Assembly: GCF_963921235.1 (NCBI RefSeq)
Contig: NC_086097.1
Coordinates: 178,748,001 to 178,812,000 of the forward strand
Direction of reading: 5' to 3'
Origin: Mobula hypostoma
Taxonomy: Eukaryota
Length of the DNA: 64,000 bases
This document shows positions 38,135 to 51,935 of this stretch, one piece after another (position 1 is the stretch's first letter; each line of letters opens with the position of its first letter). The position numbers and the translations under genes were made by a program. The notes beneath the pieces were generated by a model that searched no databases, had not been told where the DNA came from, and saw nothing but the letters and a program-made list of their open reading frames with translations.

Positions 38135-38750
38135 ATGACCATAAGACATCAGAACAGAATTAGGCTATTCAGCCGGTCGAGTCTACTCTGCCATTCCATC
38201 ATGGCTGATTTATTTTTCCTCTCAACCCCATTCTTCTGCCTTCTCCTCGTAACCTTCATTGCCCTGATTAATCAAGAACCTCTCAACCTCAGCTTTAAAT
38301 ACACCCAATGATCTGGACTCCACAGCCATCTGTGGCAATGAATTGCACAGGTTCACCACTCTCTGGATAGAGATATTGCTCCTCATGTCTGTTCTAAAGG
38401 GAAGTTTTTGTATTCTGAGGCTGTGCATTCTGGTCCTACGTTCCCCCATTATAGGAAACATTCTCTCCACATCCACTTTATCTAGACCTTTCAGTGTTCG
38501 ATGAGCTTCAGTGAAAACCCCCCCCATTCTTCTAAATGTCAGCAAGTACAGACCTAGAGGCATCAAACGCTCCTCATACATTAACCCTTTCTTTCCAGGG
38601 ATCGTTCTCAGGAACCTCCTCTGAACCTTCTCCAATGCCACCATATCCTTCCTTAAATAATGGGCCTAAATCTATTCACAATACGGTCAGATCAATGCCT
38701 TATAAAGCCTCAGCATTACATTCTTCCTTTTACATTCTAGTACTCTCACA
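38135..38750 (-). mobile_element. CR1 3' fragment
   Basis: LEKVQRRF...QRVVNLCNSLP...FKAEVERFL. Confidence 0.85.
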
Positions 38751-40206
38751 GAGGACTAGGATGAAAACGCAAGGAAATGTTCTGCATGGAACATAGAACC
38801 GTAGAGGAACAGATCCTTTGGCCCATCATGTCTATGCCAAACACAGTGCTAAATTAAACTAAATCCATTTTGAATTTTTTCAGCATCCCTATCCCTCCAT
38901 TCCCTGCATATTCATTAGACTATCTAAAAGCCTCTTACAACACTCCTGTTGTATCTGCCTCCTGCAGCACCCTTGGCAGGTTCATTCCAGGTACCCACTG
39001 CTCTCTGTGCAAAAAAACATAACCAGCACATCTCCTTTGAATTTACCCCTATCACCTTAAACTTGTGTCCTCTGGAATTTGACATTTCTGTCCCCGGGAA
39101 AAAAGTGGACTATCAATGCCACCGATTTCACAAACCTCTAAAAGGTCTGCCCTCAGCCTCCAGCACTTCAGGGTAAACAACCTAGGTTTGTCCATACCCT
39201 CTAATGCAGGCAGCATCCTGGTGAAACTCTTCTGCACCCTCTCAAATCCTCCAGATCGTTTTTGTTATTGCCTTTGGAGTGAGAAAAGGTTTATGGTACC
39301 AAGAGTTGCATGAGGAGTGGAGATGCAGCTCAGGCATAGTTTATGGAATTATTTCATATTATGTTTTTCTTACGACTCAGAAGGAGGCCATTTGGCCCAT
39401 TGACTCTATGCTGGTTGTCAGTGCTATCCCATTTATGCCTTTCTATGTAACTCAATCTCTCTCTCACAACTTTCAACTCTCCACTCTCGTTCTCCTGCTA
39501 CCAATTACACTGGGCAGTTACCCTAACTACCTTCACATCTTTGGGATGTGGGGGGAAACTGGAGTATACGGGCGGGAAGGGGTTCACAGGGTCAAGGAAG
39601 GACATGCAAATTCCACACAGGCAGCCTCAAAGGTCAGGATCGCACCTGGGTCTCTGGAGCTGAGAGACATCAGCACTACCAGCTGTAGCACTGCCCCTTC
39701 CTACTCCTCACTGCCTGAATGTAGATAGAATTGAAGTTGTGTTTGCTCCATGGAAACCCCAAGGTAGAGTAGCAGCTCCTCACCAAATGTGTTTTATTTA
39801 TAAACGGGTGTATTATTGTCACATTTACTGAGGTGCAGTATATTACATGCCATCCATATGCATCATTTAATTAGAGATGAAGTTACTTAAAGCAGTGTTT
39901 GATAGGTTCCTGATGTGTATAGGTATCGAACATTATAGAGAGAAGGCGGGAGAATGAGGCTGAGACGGAAAGTAAATCAGTTGTGATTGAATGGCAGAGT
40001 AGATTTGATGGACTGAATGACCTAATTCTGCTCCTATTTTTATGGTCTTGCGTCACAACAGTGCATTGAGGTAGTACGAGGATAAAGCAACAACAGAATG
40101 CAGAATAAAGTGTGACGGAAAGTGTAGCACAGGTAGACAATAAGGGGCAAGATCATAACAAGATGGATTGTGTGGTCAAAAGTCCATCTTACCATACTTA
40201 GGTACT

Positions 40207-40453
40207 AATGAACGCTACTTGGGCTTCCAGCGGGTACAGGTATCAATTTTAACTGATGCTTTGATGACAGATTCTGCCATCTTCATCAGGGATGACGTCT
40301 GGGCATGTCTACCACTGGACTAGACATGCCCAGGCATCATCCCTGATGAAGATGGCAGAGCTTGTCCTAGAAACGTTGGTCAAAGTCAATACCTGTACCC
40401 GGCTGGAAGCTCGAGAAGAGTTATTTGCCGGGAAAGCACTAGATTTTTTAAAT
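40207..40453. mobile_element. Fold-back element with hammerhead-like cores (Penelope pLTR-like) and imperfect 10-bp TSD
   Basis: Inverted arms ~40218-40311 and 40321-40415. CTTAGGTACT (40197-40206) and CTTGGGTACT (40454-40463). CTGATGA...GAAAC in the right arm. Confidence 0.7.
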
Positions 40454-40554
40454 CTTGGGTACTGTTCAATATTCTGATAACAGCGGGATAGAAGCTGTCC
40501 TTGACTATGGTGGTACATGCTTTAAGGCTTTTGGATCTTCTGCCTGTTGCGGGA

Positions 40555-41250
40555 GGAAGTCCTTGTGCAAGATTACCTGAAGGTTAATTTGCAGGTTGAG
40601 TTGATGGTGAGGAAGGCAAATGCAATGTTAGCATTCATTTTGAGAGAACCAAAATATAAAGGCAAGGATGTAATTCTGAGGCTTTATAAGGCACTGGTGA
40701 GGCCTTATCTGGGAGTATTGTGAGCCGTTTTGGCCCCTTATCTAAGGAAGGATGTGCTGACTTTGGAGAGGAGTCAAAGGAGATTCAGAGAAATTATTCC
40801 AGGATTTAAAGTCTTATTATAAGAGGAGCGTGTGATGGCTGTGGGCCTCTACTCAGTGGAATTCAGAAGAATAGGGGAGGATCTCCTTGAAACCTATCGA
40901 ACGTTGAAAGGCCTTGATAGAGTGGATGTTTCCTATATGGTGGGGGAATCTAAGACCAGAAGACACAGCTCCAGAATAGAGGGAATTCCATTTAGAATGG
41001 AGATTAGGAGGAATTTTATTAGCCAGAGAGTATTGAATCTGTGGAATTCTTGTCCACAGTTGGCTGTGGCGGCCAAGTCTTTATGTATATTTAAGGAAGA
41101 GGTTGATTAATCAGGGCATGAAGGGATACAGGGAGAAGGCAGGAGACTGGGGCTGAGAGGAAAATAGATCAGCCATGATGAAATGGTGGAGCAGACCTGA
41201 TGGGCCAAATGGCCTAATTCTGCTCCTATATCTTATGGTCTTATGGGCTT
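40555..41250 (+). mobile_element. CR1 3' fragment
   Basis: LYSVEFRR...QRVLNLWNS plus TCTTATGG tail. Confidence 0.85.
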
Positions 41251-42244
41251 ATGAAAGAAGAGTAAGTGTCTTGGGTGCATGAAGTCTTTGATTTTGTTGG
41301 CTGTTTTACCAAGGCATTGGAAAGTCTAGATAGAGTCCATGGAGCGGAGGGCAGTTTCTGTGATGTGCTGAGCTGTGTCCACAATTCTCTGCGGTTTGTT
41401 TTGGACTTGGTCAGAGCGGTTACCACACCAAATTGTAATGCACCCAGGCAGTACGCTTTCTATGGTGCATCAATAAAGATTAGTGTGTGTCGTTGGGGAC
41501 ATGCCAGATTGCATTTGAGCGAGCGTGATTAAAATAGGGTTTCCTTCTTTCATTGCTCCCCACCCCCACCTCCACTCCCATCAGGCAGAATGAGCTGCAT
41601 CCACCACTGATGATAAATAAACTGTTTATTTCTGCAATGCAAAATGTGATTAAATTGAATCATTTGAGTTTCCCAGAAGGTCTTCAGTCTTTGACATTTA
41701 TATGCAACTGGAAATTTTGCACAGCGTTTTAATTTGTTGTGGGCAGTCTCCAGCTGCCTTTGGTCCCAGTGCAAGGACTGACCTGTTTCATCTCTCCCAG
41801 CCTCTCGTCATTATGTGCAGAATTTGAATCTGATCCAGATCAATGGAATCTTACACATCTGTCCCGAACCATTGCTTGAAAGATTGAAATGAAATCTACA
41901 GAATCTCTTGTGTTAATGAAATTCCAGTCCCCTGTTAGACAAGAAACAAGAGGCTCTTTCTTACAAGGCATAGAAAGGTACCATTCGATCCATCAAGCCT
42001 GTACCAGCTCTCTAATCATTCCACTCACTTAAGAATGCAAGAAAATAAGAACAGAAGTAAGCCACTTGGCCCCTCAAGCCAACCATTTTGTTCAATATGT
42101 TCATGACTGATCTATGCTCTCCTGTGCCAGTTCCCCATAACCCTCAATTCCTCGATCTTTGAAATATTTATCTCCACCTTAACTATGTCTAATGATCTGG
42201 CTTCCACCATGCTCGAGGAATCAGAATCATAGAATCATAGAAAG

Positions 42245-43110
42245 ATAGAAAACCTGTAGCACAATACAGGCCCTTTGGCCCACAAAGCTGTACTGAACAT
42301 GTCCTTACCTGAGAAATTCCCTAGGGTTACCTATAGCCCTCTATTTTTCTGAGCTCCATATACCTGTTCAGGAGTCTCTTAAAAGACCCTATTGTATCCG
42401 CCTCCACCACCGGCGCCAGCAACCCATTCCACGCATTCACCACTCTCTGGATAAAAAAACTTACCCCTGACATCTCCTCTGTATCTACTTCCGAGCACCT
42501 TAAAATGGTGCCCTCTCGTGCTAGCCATTTCAGCCCTGGGAAAAAGCCTCTGACTATCCACATGATCAATGCCTCTCATCATCTTATACACCTCTATCAG
42601 GTCACCTCTCTTCCTCCGTCGCTCCAAGGAGAAAAGGCCAAGTTCACTCAACCTATTCTCATAAGGCATGATCCCCAATCCAGGCAACATCCTTGTAAAT
42701 CTCCTCTGCACCCTTTCTGTGGTTTCCACATCCTTCCTGTAGTGAGGCGACCAGAACTGAGCGCAGTACTCCAAATGGGGTCTGACCATGGTCCTATATA
42801 GCTGCAACAATTACCTCTAGGCTCCTAAATTCAATCCCATGATTGATGAAGGCCAATGCACCATATGCTTTCTTAACCGCAGAGTCAACCTGCGTGGTAG
42901 CTTTGAGTGGACTCGGACCCCAAGATCCCTCTGATCCTCCACACCACCAAGAGTCTTACCACTAATACTATATTCTGTCATCCTATTTGACCTACCAAAA
43001 TGAACCACCTCTCACTTATCTGGGTTGAACTCCACCTGCCACTTCTCAGCCCATTTTTGCATCCTATCAATGTCTCGCTGTAACCTCTGACATTATCCAC
43101 AACACCTCCA
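42245..43110 (-). mobile_element. CR1 3' fragment (relatively young)
   Basis: MVRPHLEYCAQFWSPHYRKD...RGDLIEVYK. Confidence 0.88.
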
Positions 43111-44929
43111 ACCTAATTGTATATTATTGCTGATATATGCTATGAAATTTGATATTTTATGGCAGCGGTACTGTACAAGGCATAAAAATTACTGTTATGT
43201 TACAAAAATAAATAAATAAATGGTGTAAAAGACAAATGTTGAGGTAGTGATCATGTATCACTTAGAAAGCCAATGGTGGAGTGGAAGAAGCTGTTCTTGC
43301 ATTGTTGTCTATTTGTCTATGAGTCTTCAGGCTCATGTACCTCCTCCCTGGTAGTCAGTAGTAAGGAGAGGGAATGTCCCAGATGGTGAGGGTCCTCAGT
43401 GATGGATGCCATCTTGAGGTACCTAACCTTCAAGATGGTCTCAATGGCGAAGAGGGTTGTGCCCTGGGTAAACAACCCTCCACAGCCTCGTGCATTGAAA
43501 CTTCTGAAATGAAACCAGTCAAAATGCTCTCCACTGTACATTTGCAAGTATCTTTGGTGACATTCCAAATCTCCTCAAACTGAAGAAGAGCCATTGGCTT
43601 ACCTTTGTGATCACATGAATGTGTTGGCCCAGAATAGATCCCCTGAGATGATAGGTAATTCCAAAGATTCTTCACCCACTGAGAGAAGCAATTTCTGTGC
43701 ACCACGGTTTTAACTGACCGTCCCCTTACTTTATAAGTATGTTGGTTTGTTTGTGACTCTCCTATGGTGGAGACGTCTCACCAATTATTCTGTCAATCTC
43801 CTTAGGGTTTTAACTAAAAACAGAAAATGCTGTAAACCCTCAGCAGGTAGGTTTGCATCTGTGGGAAGAGAAAAAAGAGTCAATATTTCAGGTCAAAGAC
43901 CCTTCATATGATCCCCTCAGCATCCTATTTACTGGAATAACATCACCCCACCCCATTTTCTTAAACAGCAAGGATACAGACGCTTGCTCATTACCCACAG
44001 TCCTGCAGATTTTCAGATGCAGAAGGTAGAACTACTGTCTCGCAGTCCAGAGATGCAGATTTCATCTCGACCTCTGCCACTGTCTGTGTAGATATTTCAT
44101 GTTTTTCCTGTGATGTGTTTCTGTGTTTTGTGACATGACTCTACAAGGTATCCACTTCCTTACTGTTTCCTGAGTGCCTCATCCAAACATGTCTGGATAG
44201 TAAAAGAAAAATTCAGGAATTGTGAAGAGAGAAGTTGGAGTGGAACAGATTGGAGAGTTCTATCAAAGGAAATTGTCACAGGGAAAGGAAAAAGTTTCTC
44301 TTGCCTACTGGTCAGACAGATCACATCATTACATGTGCACCGAGAACAGCTTCCTCTCCTTTACCATTAGGTTTCTGAATAGTTCATGAACCCAGGAGCA
44401 CCACCTTTATTAACATTGTAATTTGCAGTAATTGTTAAGTCTTGCATCTACTGCTGCCACAGAACAACAGATTTCACGGCATATATCAGTGATAATAAAC
44501 CCAATTCTGATTCTGAAACACTAACAGAATGCAGAATAAAGTGCAGCAGTGCAGATAAACAATAAGGTACAATGTCATAACGAGGTAGATTGTGAGGTCA
44601 TCATATCACTGAACTGCCACAATGTCTGATTTCTGGGTCTGAAATTCCACGGAATTATTTTAATATTCTGGCTGCATGGTCCCTGAAAAGACCTTGCTGA
44701 TTCCGGCCTTTACATCCTCTGTAGCAGAGTTCAGTCAGTGATTACACACTGTCATTGATAAATGTGTGAAGCAGAATTTCCCTTTTCTGACTTCATCTCA
44801 GTAAACAGGGGAGGGACCATAATTAGATAACAGCACTATTGAAAACTGGAAACTCACTTCTCCCCATGGGAAAACCTAACATAAATGATGTCCATCTGAC
44901 AAAAGCACATCCATTGATGTATCAGTTGC

Positions 44930-46965
44930 AAGTGTCCCTCCACTCTTTAAGAAGGCAGGGAGGCAAAGGAAAGGGAATTATAGGCCAGTTAGCAGGACTT
45001 CAATGCTTGAGAGGATGTTGGAGTTTATTATTAAGGATGAGATTTCAGGGTACTTGGAGGCACATGATAAAATAGGCCAAAGTCAGCATGGTCTCCTTAA
45101 GGGGAAGTCTTGCTTGACAAATCTGTTGGAATTCTATGAGGAAGTAACAAACAGGATATATAAAGAAGAATCAGTTGATGTTGTGTACTTGGATTTTCAG
45201 AAGGCCTTTGACAAGGTACCGCACATGAGGCTGCTTAACAGGATAAGAACCCATTGTATTACAGGAAAGATACGAGCATGAATAGAAGGTTGACTGACAG
45301 GCAGGAAGCAAAGTGAAGGAATAAAGGGGGGCTTTACTGGTTGGTTGCCAGTGACTAGTGGTGTTCCACAGGGGTCGGTGTTGGGACTGCTTCTTTATAC
45401 ATTATACGTTAATGATTTGGATGATGGTACTGATGGCTCTGTGGCAAATTTGTAAATGATACAAAGATAGGTGGAGGGGCAGTACTGTTCAGGAAGCAGG
45501 GAGTCTAAAGAAGGACTTAGACAGATTAGGAGAATAGACAAGTAAGAGGCAAATAGAATATAGTGTAGGAAAGTCTATGGTCATGCGCTGTGGTAGGAGG
45601 AATAAAGGCATAGACTATTTCTAAACAGGAAGAAAACTCAAAAATCAGAGGTGCAAAAGGACTTGGGAGTCGTTGTGCAGGATTCCCTGAAGATTAACTT
45701 GCAGGTTGAGTCACTGGTAAGGAAGGCAAATGGAATATTAGCTGTCATTTCACGAGGACCAGAATATAAAAGCAAGGATGTAGTTCTGCAGGTTTATAAG
45801 GCATTGCTCAGACCGCAGTTGGAGTATTATGAGCAGTTTTGGGCCCCTCATCTCAGAAAATATGTGTTGGCATTGGAGAGTGTTATGCTTTGTAACTTCA
45901 AAATATTAAACTAATTCAAAGAAAGACACGCGAGTCTGAAATGTGAGGCTAACTTCATGTTTACTTTCAGCAAGCCACACACGTATCATGTGGTAGTGTG
46001 ATGACGTGTGCAATTCACGCATTTTTACAGATAACCTGTAGTGAATTATTTAAACAAACAAGAATGCTTAATTAACATATCTATACTGTCTACAAGATTA
46101 CTCAAATATTACTGAAATATTAAATACACAACACTCCTCCAACTCAGTGGAGACTGCATCTCAAGTATATACTATATAATACAACTACTATAATCAGGCA
46201 TCCACAGCATAGTAAATTTTAAATTGTCCCATTCAGGCCTGAAGATTTAATCACTGTGGAAGATTTCTTATTCTTGTGGGATAATGTTTTTCCTGAAATG
46301 TGCGATCACTCTGCTTGGCAGGTGAGACTTGTGGCTGTGAGACAACCTCAGGTCCTGGGGCCTCCTCTGTGGTGGTTGTTGGAGTTGACTCTGAGACTGC
46401 AGGAAGTGATCCTGACAGCTCTGGCTCCTTTTTTTTCTCCTTCCCTTTTCTTCTTCTAGTTTGTGCATCTTGATATTAGGAAGGAGCATTTAGGAAACGA
46501 AATGGTTAATGTTTGAGGACTATCTGATAACTCTAGGCCTGTACTCACTGGAGTTTAGAAGAATGAGGGGAGACCTCATTGAAACCTACAGAATAGTGAA
46601 AGGCCTTGATAGAGTGGATGTAGTGAGGATGTTTCCTATATTGGGGGCTGGGGGAGTTGTGTCTAGGACCAGAAAGGCACAGCCTCAGAATAGAGGGACG
46701 TCCATTTAGAACAGAGATGAGGTGGATTTTCTTCACCCAGAGGGTGATAAATCGGTGGAATTCATTGCCACAGGCAGTTGTGGAGCCTAAGTCATTGGGT
46801 ATTTAAAGCAGAGGTTAATAGGTTCTGTATTAATCTGGGCATCAAAGGTTACAGGGAGAAGGCTGGAGAATAGAGTTGAGAGGAATAATAAATCAGTCAT
46901 GCTGGAATGATGGAGCAGACTCGATGGGTGGAAAGACCTAACTGCTCCTGTGTCCTATGGTCTGG
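44930..46965 (+). mobile_element. Degenerate CR1 RT fragment interrupted by an LTR-element piece
   Basis: QHGLLKGKSCLTNL...LDFQKAFDKVP upstream. RMRGDLIETY resumes at ~46505. Confidence 0.85.
45881..46480 (-). mobile_element. Truncated Gypsy-like LTR retrotransposon: 3' LTR (45881-46131), PPT and end of internal region
   Basis: TGTT...AACA termini. The minus-strand purine tract GGAGGAGTG abuts the LTR. Minus peptide KHYPTRIRNLPQ resembles the YPxRxRxxP motif at Gypsy pol C-termini. Confidence 0.65.
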
Positions 46966-49039
46966 TAGAGGTAATGACAAGTGTTGATTTGGTGCACTCT
47001 CTCTCATTAGTGATGCAGTCTACATATCCAGGCATGGCTTCCGCCCTTATCTGAAAGGTGCCAATCAAGCCTGTTCGAATTTCCCATCAAATCATAAGCA
47101 CTGTCAATGTAGATCTTGAAATTCTCACTGGCCGTTCTAAATCCCTCCTTCTCTCCTTCAACACTACCACAACAGCGGAGAGTTGTGGACACAGCTCAGC
47201 ATATCACGGAAACCAACCCCAACCCTCCATAGACTCCGTCTACATTCTTCACTGTCTCGGTAAAGCAGCTGACATAATCAAAGACCTTGTCCACCTGTCC
47301 ACCCTGGACATTCTTTCTTCTCCTGCCTCCCATCTGGCAGAGGGCACGAAAGGGCAGCTTCTATCCTCTACTGTACCGTCCCCTGGTATGAAGTGGACTA
47401 TTGACCTCACAGTCTATTACATTGTGGTCCTTGCACCTTATTGGCCACCTGTACTGCACTTTCCCTGTGACTGTAACACTTCATTCTGCACTCTATTATT
47501 GTTTTCCCTTGTGCTACCTCAACATACTGTTGTAATGAAATGATCTGTACCGAAGGCATGTAAAACAGTTGTTTTTGGTTCCTCAGCACACATGACAATA
47601 ATAAACCAATGTACCTATTTACTCTGGAGGGCTGAGGTGGCTCATAGATTGCATTAGTGCACATGAAGGGTATAGGGATAGTGCAGGAAGATACCACTGA
47701 GGAGGATGATCATCTTGATGAATGGTGGAGCAGGCACAAAACGCCAGGTAGCCTGCCCCTGCTCCTTATTTCTCTGTTCTTAGTTCTCCGCCTTTCTTCA
47801 ATTCTGGCCCCTTGTTTGCTCCTGATATTAATTACTCTGTCACTGAGCAGCCATGCCTTTAGCTGCCTGGGCTCTGGTCTCTGGGGTTTATTCCCTGTAT
47901 CTTGCTGCCTCTCTCTGAGTCTCCCATCCCTCCAAGCCTCTGGTTGCCTGTCACAGTATCTCCTAATTCCCGGTGCTTGTCTGCAGACACCCCTGTCAAA
48001 TGCCTTCCCAAGATTTACTGTGCATGTAATGGTGGGCAGTGTTATTCTACCTAGCCTGTGCACTGCATAATCCCAAAATAGGCAGCGTCAGTATGTTACA
48101 AATAGAAAGTTTCTGAGACTTTGAGTGTTGAATATGTGTTGGAATGCCAGGGGAGATCTCTCAAATGAACATTGTATAATCTTTTATTTGGCTTATTATT
48201 GTGGCATGTAGTAGAATGCAGTGAATCCTCAGTTTGATCCAGGCAGATGATTAAGAGAAAATAGAATGCAGAATATAGTGTTGAAAAATAAGGAACAATT
48301 ATAATAAATGTACTGAATGAATCTGCTGGAGCTGTCTCACAAAAGGTTTCTCAGGCTGAGATGGGTTTTATATCTCGAACACCTTTATGGTATATAGAGG
48401 GAGGCCATTCAGCCTATCAGGATCAGGTTCATTTATTTGTCATGAGTACAGTGAAATGCTAACAACCAATACAAGCTCAGGACGTACCTTGGGCCGCCTG
48501 CAAATGTCATCATACGTTCCAGTGCCAGTATAGCATACCTACAATGTTCAGAGGAACTACGTAAGCATCAGCAACAACAACACCACAGCAGTGAAACAAT
48601 CCTCCTTCCCACCCTCCCACTGACTCACACACACAGGCAGGCCTCCAGCCCCAAGGCAGGCTTCCTCTGGACCTCTGACCATCAATCCTTAGATCTCCAA
48701 CCTCCAAACATGCCGAGCTGGGGCTTTGACATTCAGTCCTTAACCACTGAATCCACGGACTTCAGTCTTCAACTTTCAGACCTCCAACTCTATGCTGGCT
48801 CTCAGATCTATCCCACCAATTCCATTCCCCTGTCCCTTATTCTTTTATACACGCCTGTCAGTCAACTTACAGCAACCAATTCACTCGCACGCCTTTGGCA
48901 TGTGGGAGGACACTGTAGCACTAAGCACATGGTCACAGGGAGAAAATGCAAACTCAACGCAGGTCAGGATTAAACCTCATACTGTGGGTGTACAAGGCGC
49001 ACTGCTGTGCTGGTACAGGGGGTGTTTGTGGGGAACAGG

Positions 49040-49890
49040 CAGGAAAATGGACAACGCACAAAGTGCTGGAGGAATATAGCAGGTAGGCAGCATCTGTGGG
49101 AGGAAAGGGACAGCTGATGATTTGGGCCGAGACCCTTTGTCTGCACAGCCTCCCGAAATACAGAGAAATGGACCAGGAAAGGGGAGGGAGATGTTGGTGT
49201 TAGACCCAGTGGACATGAGGGCAGGGTGGAAGTTGGTAACAAAGTCAGTAAAAGTGAAAAGTTCTGCATGGGTGCAGGAAGTTACACTGATGCAGTTCAT
49301 TGAAGTTGTGGAGGAAGAGTCAGGGAACATTACCAGTGTAGGTTTGGAATATGGACTGCTCCATGTAGCCAACAAAAATGCAGACGTAACTGGGGTCCAT
49401 GCGAGTGAGTGCCCATGGCTGTAGCTTTGGTCTGGTGATAGTGAAAGTAACCGAAGGAGAAGTTGTTGAACACAAGCCCAAGTTCTGCCAGATAGAGGAA
49501 TGTGGTCACGGGAGGGTGAGATGATTGGGTCTGTGTTCCGGAAAGAAGCAGAGCCCTGAAGCCCTTCCTGACTTCCAGGAGAGTGGAGGTGGCATCAATA
49601 TGAACTTGAGCATTGAGTGGCCGAGTGGCCTCCTTGTCTTCCTGTTCCCTCTGTGAAATACTTGACTGGAAAGGAAGTGTGCCTGAGCGTGCAGCGCTGA
49701 GTGATACAGGTGGTAACACAATTTGATCGGGTGATAAGGAAGGCCTAGGGAAAGCTTAAACACAAGAGACTCTGCTGATGCGGGAAATCCAGAGCAACAC
49801 ACAAAATGCTGGAAGAAATCAGCAGGTGAGGCAGCATCTATGGAAAAGAACAATCAGTTGACGTTTTGGGTAGAGACCTATCATCACACT
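49040..49890 (-). mobile_element. Penelope-like retroelement RT fragment flanked by pLTR-like repeats
   Basis: Minus peptide AELGLVFNNFSF...HQTKATAMGT (compare PLE QxxGxAMG). Flanking GCAGCATCT...GAGACCCTT repeats. Confidence 0.6.
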
Positions 49891-50416
49891 CTGGTATGCC
49901 TGCATCTATCAATCAAGTAATTGAGTTCAAGAGTTGGGAAATTGAGTTGTAGCTTTTCAAACTCAGAGTTAGGCACCTTCTGGAGTACTGCATTCAGTTG
50001 CCCCATTACAGGAAGAATATAGAGATTCTGGAGAGAATGCAGAAGAGATTCACAAGGATGGTGTTTGGATTAGAGGGCATTCACTAAAACTTGGATTGTT
50101 TCTGTGGAGCAGTGAAGGATGAGGGGCGACCTGGCAGAGGTTTATAAGATTATGAGAGGCACAAGCAGCCAAGATCTTTTTCTCAAGGTTGAACTGTCCC
50201 ATACCAGAACGTATGCAGTTAATGTGAGGAAGGGGGAGTAGTAAATTTAAAGGAAATGTGAAGAGCAAGTTGTGTGTGTTTTTATTTTACACGAGGAATG
50301 ATAGGTGCCAAGAATGCATTGTCAGGGATGGTGGTGGAAGCAAATATAATAGAGGCATTCAAGAAGCTCTTAGGAATGAGAATGTGCTGGAAATGGAATG
50401 ATATGGACATTGTATA

Positions 50417-51935
50417 CAGTGCCTATAAAAAACTGATCTAAATTGATAACAAATATAAAACACAAAATAATTGATTGCATCAGTGTTCATCCCCTTCAAG
50501 TCAGTATTTACTAGATGCACCTTCGGCAGCAATTACAACCTTGAGTCTGTGTGGATAGGTCTCTATCAGCTTTGCACATCTAGGCACTGCAATTTTTCCC
50601 CATTCTTCATTACAAAACTGCTCAAGCTCTGTCAGATTACATGGGGATCGTGAGTGAACAGTGCTTTTCAAGTCCTGCCACAAATTCTGAATTGGAATGA
50701 GGTCTGGACTCTGACTTGGCCACTCCAGGACTTTAACTTTGTTGTATTTAAGCCATTCCTGTGTAGCTTTGGCTTTATGCTTGGGGTCATTGTCTTGGTG
50801 GAAAACAAATCATCTCCCAGGTCACAGTTCTCTTGCAGACTGAATCACGTTTTCCTCCAGGATTTCCCTGTATTTTGCTACATTCATTTTACCCTCTACC
50901 TTCACAAGCCTTCCAGGACCTGCTGCAGTGAAGCATCCCCACAGTGTAATGCGGCCAACACCGTGCTTCCTGGTAGGGATGATGTGTTTTTGCTGATGTG
51001 CAGTGTTTGGTTTACGCCAAACATAGCGTTTAGTCTGATGGCCAAAAAGCTTAATTTTGGTTTCATCAGACCATAGAAACTTCTTCCAGCTGACTTCAGA
51101 ATCTCCAACATGTCTTCTGGCAAACTCGAGCCAAGATTTCATGTGAGTTTTTTTTCAACAGTGGCTTCCTCTTTGCCACTCTCCCATAAAACTGTGACTG
51201 GTGAAGCACCCGGGCAACAGTTTTTGTACACGCAGTTTCTCCCACCTCAGCCACGGCTTCAGCTTGTAACTCCTCCAACATTATCTTAGGTCTCTTGGTG
51301 ACCTCTCTCATTAGTCCCCTTCTTGCACGGTCACACAGTTTTTGAGGACGGCCTGCTCTAGGCAGATTTACAGCTGTGCCATATTCTTTCCATTTTTTGA
51401 TGATTGACTTAACTCCAAGGGATATTCAGTGACTTGGAAATTTTTTGTATCCATCTCCTGACTTGACTTGTGCTTTTCAAAAACCTTTTCATGGAGTTGC
51501 TTGGAGTGTTCTCTTGTCTTTATAGTGTAGTTTTTGTCTGGATTCTGGCTCTCCAGCAGTTGGAGCTTCCAGATACAGGTGTATTTTTACTACAATCAAT
51601 TGAAACACCTTGACTGCACAAAGGTCTCCAAAAACAGATCTCCATTTAACTAATTATGTGACTTCTAAACCAAATGACTACACTCGTGATGATTTGGTGT
51701 GTCATATTAAAGTGGGGTGAATACTTACGCAATCAATTATTTTGTGTTTCATATTCATACATAATTTAGATCACTTTGTAGAGATCTGTTTTCACTTTGA
51801 CATGAAAGAGTGTTTTTCTGTTGATCAGAGTCAAGAAAAGCCACATTAAATCCACTGTGATTCAATGTTGCAAAACATGAAAACTTCCGGGGGAGGGGTG
51901 GTGAAGGGGTGAATAATACTTTTTACAGACATTTG
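50417..51935 (-). mobile_element. Tc1/mariner DNA transposon relic (IR/DR-type TIRs, decayed transposase ~50500-51420)
   Basis: Starts TA|CAGTG. Transposase fragments GRVAKRKPLL, WSDETKI.LFG, KHGVG.ITLWGCF. AAACACAAAATAATTGATTGC (~50458) is inverted at ~51729-51749. Inserted in a CR1 3' fragment. Confidence 0.88.
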
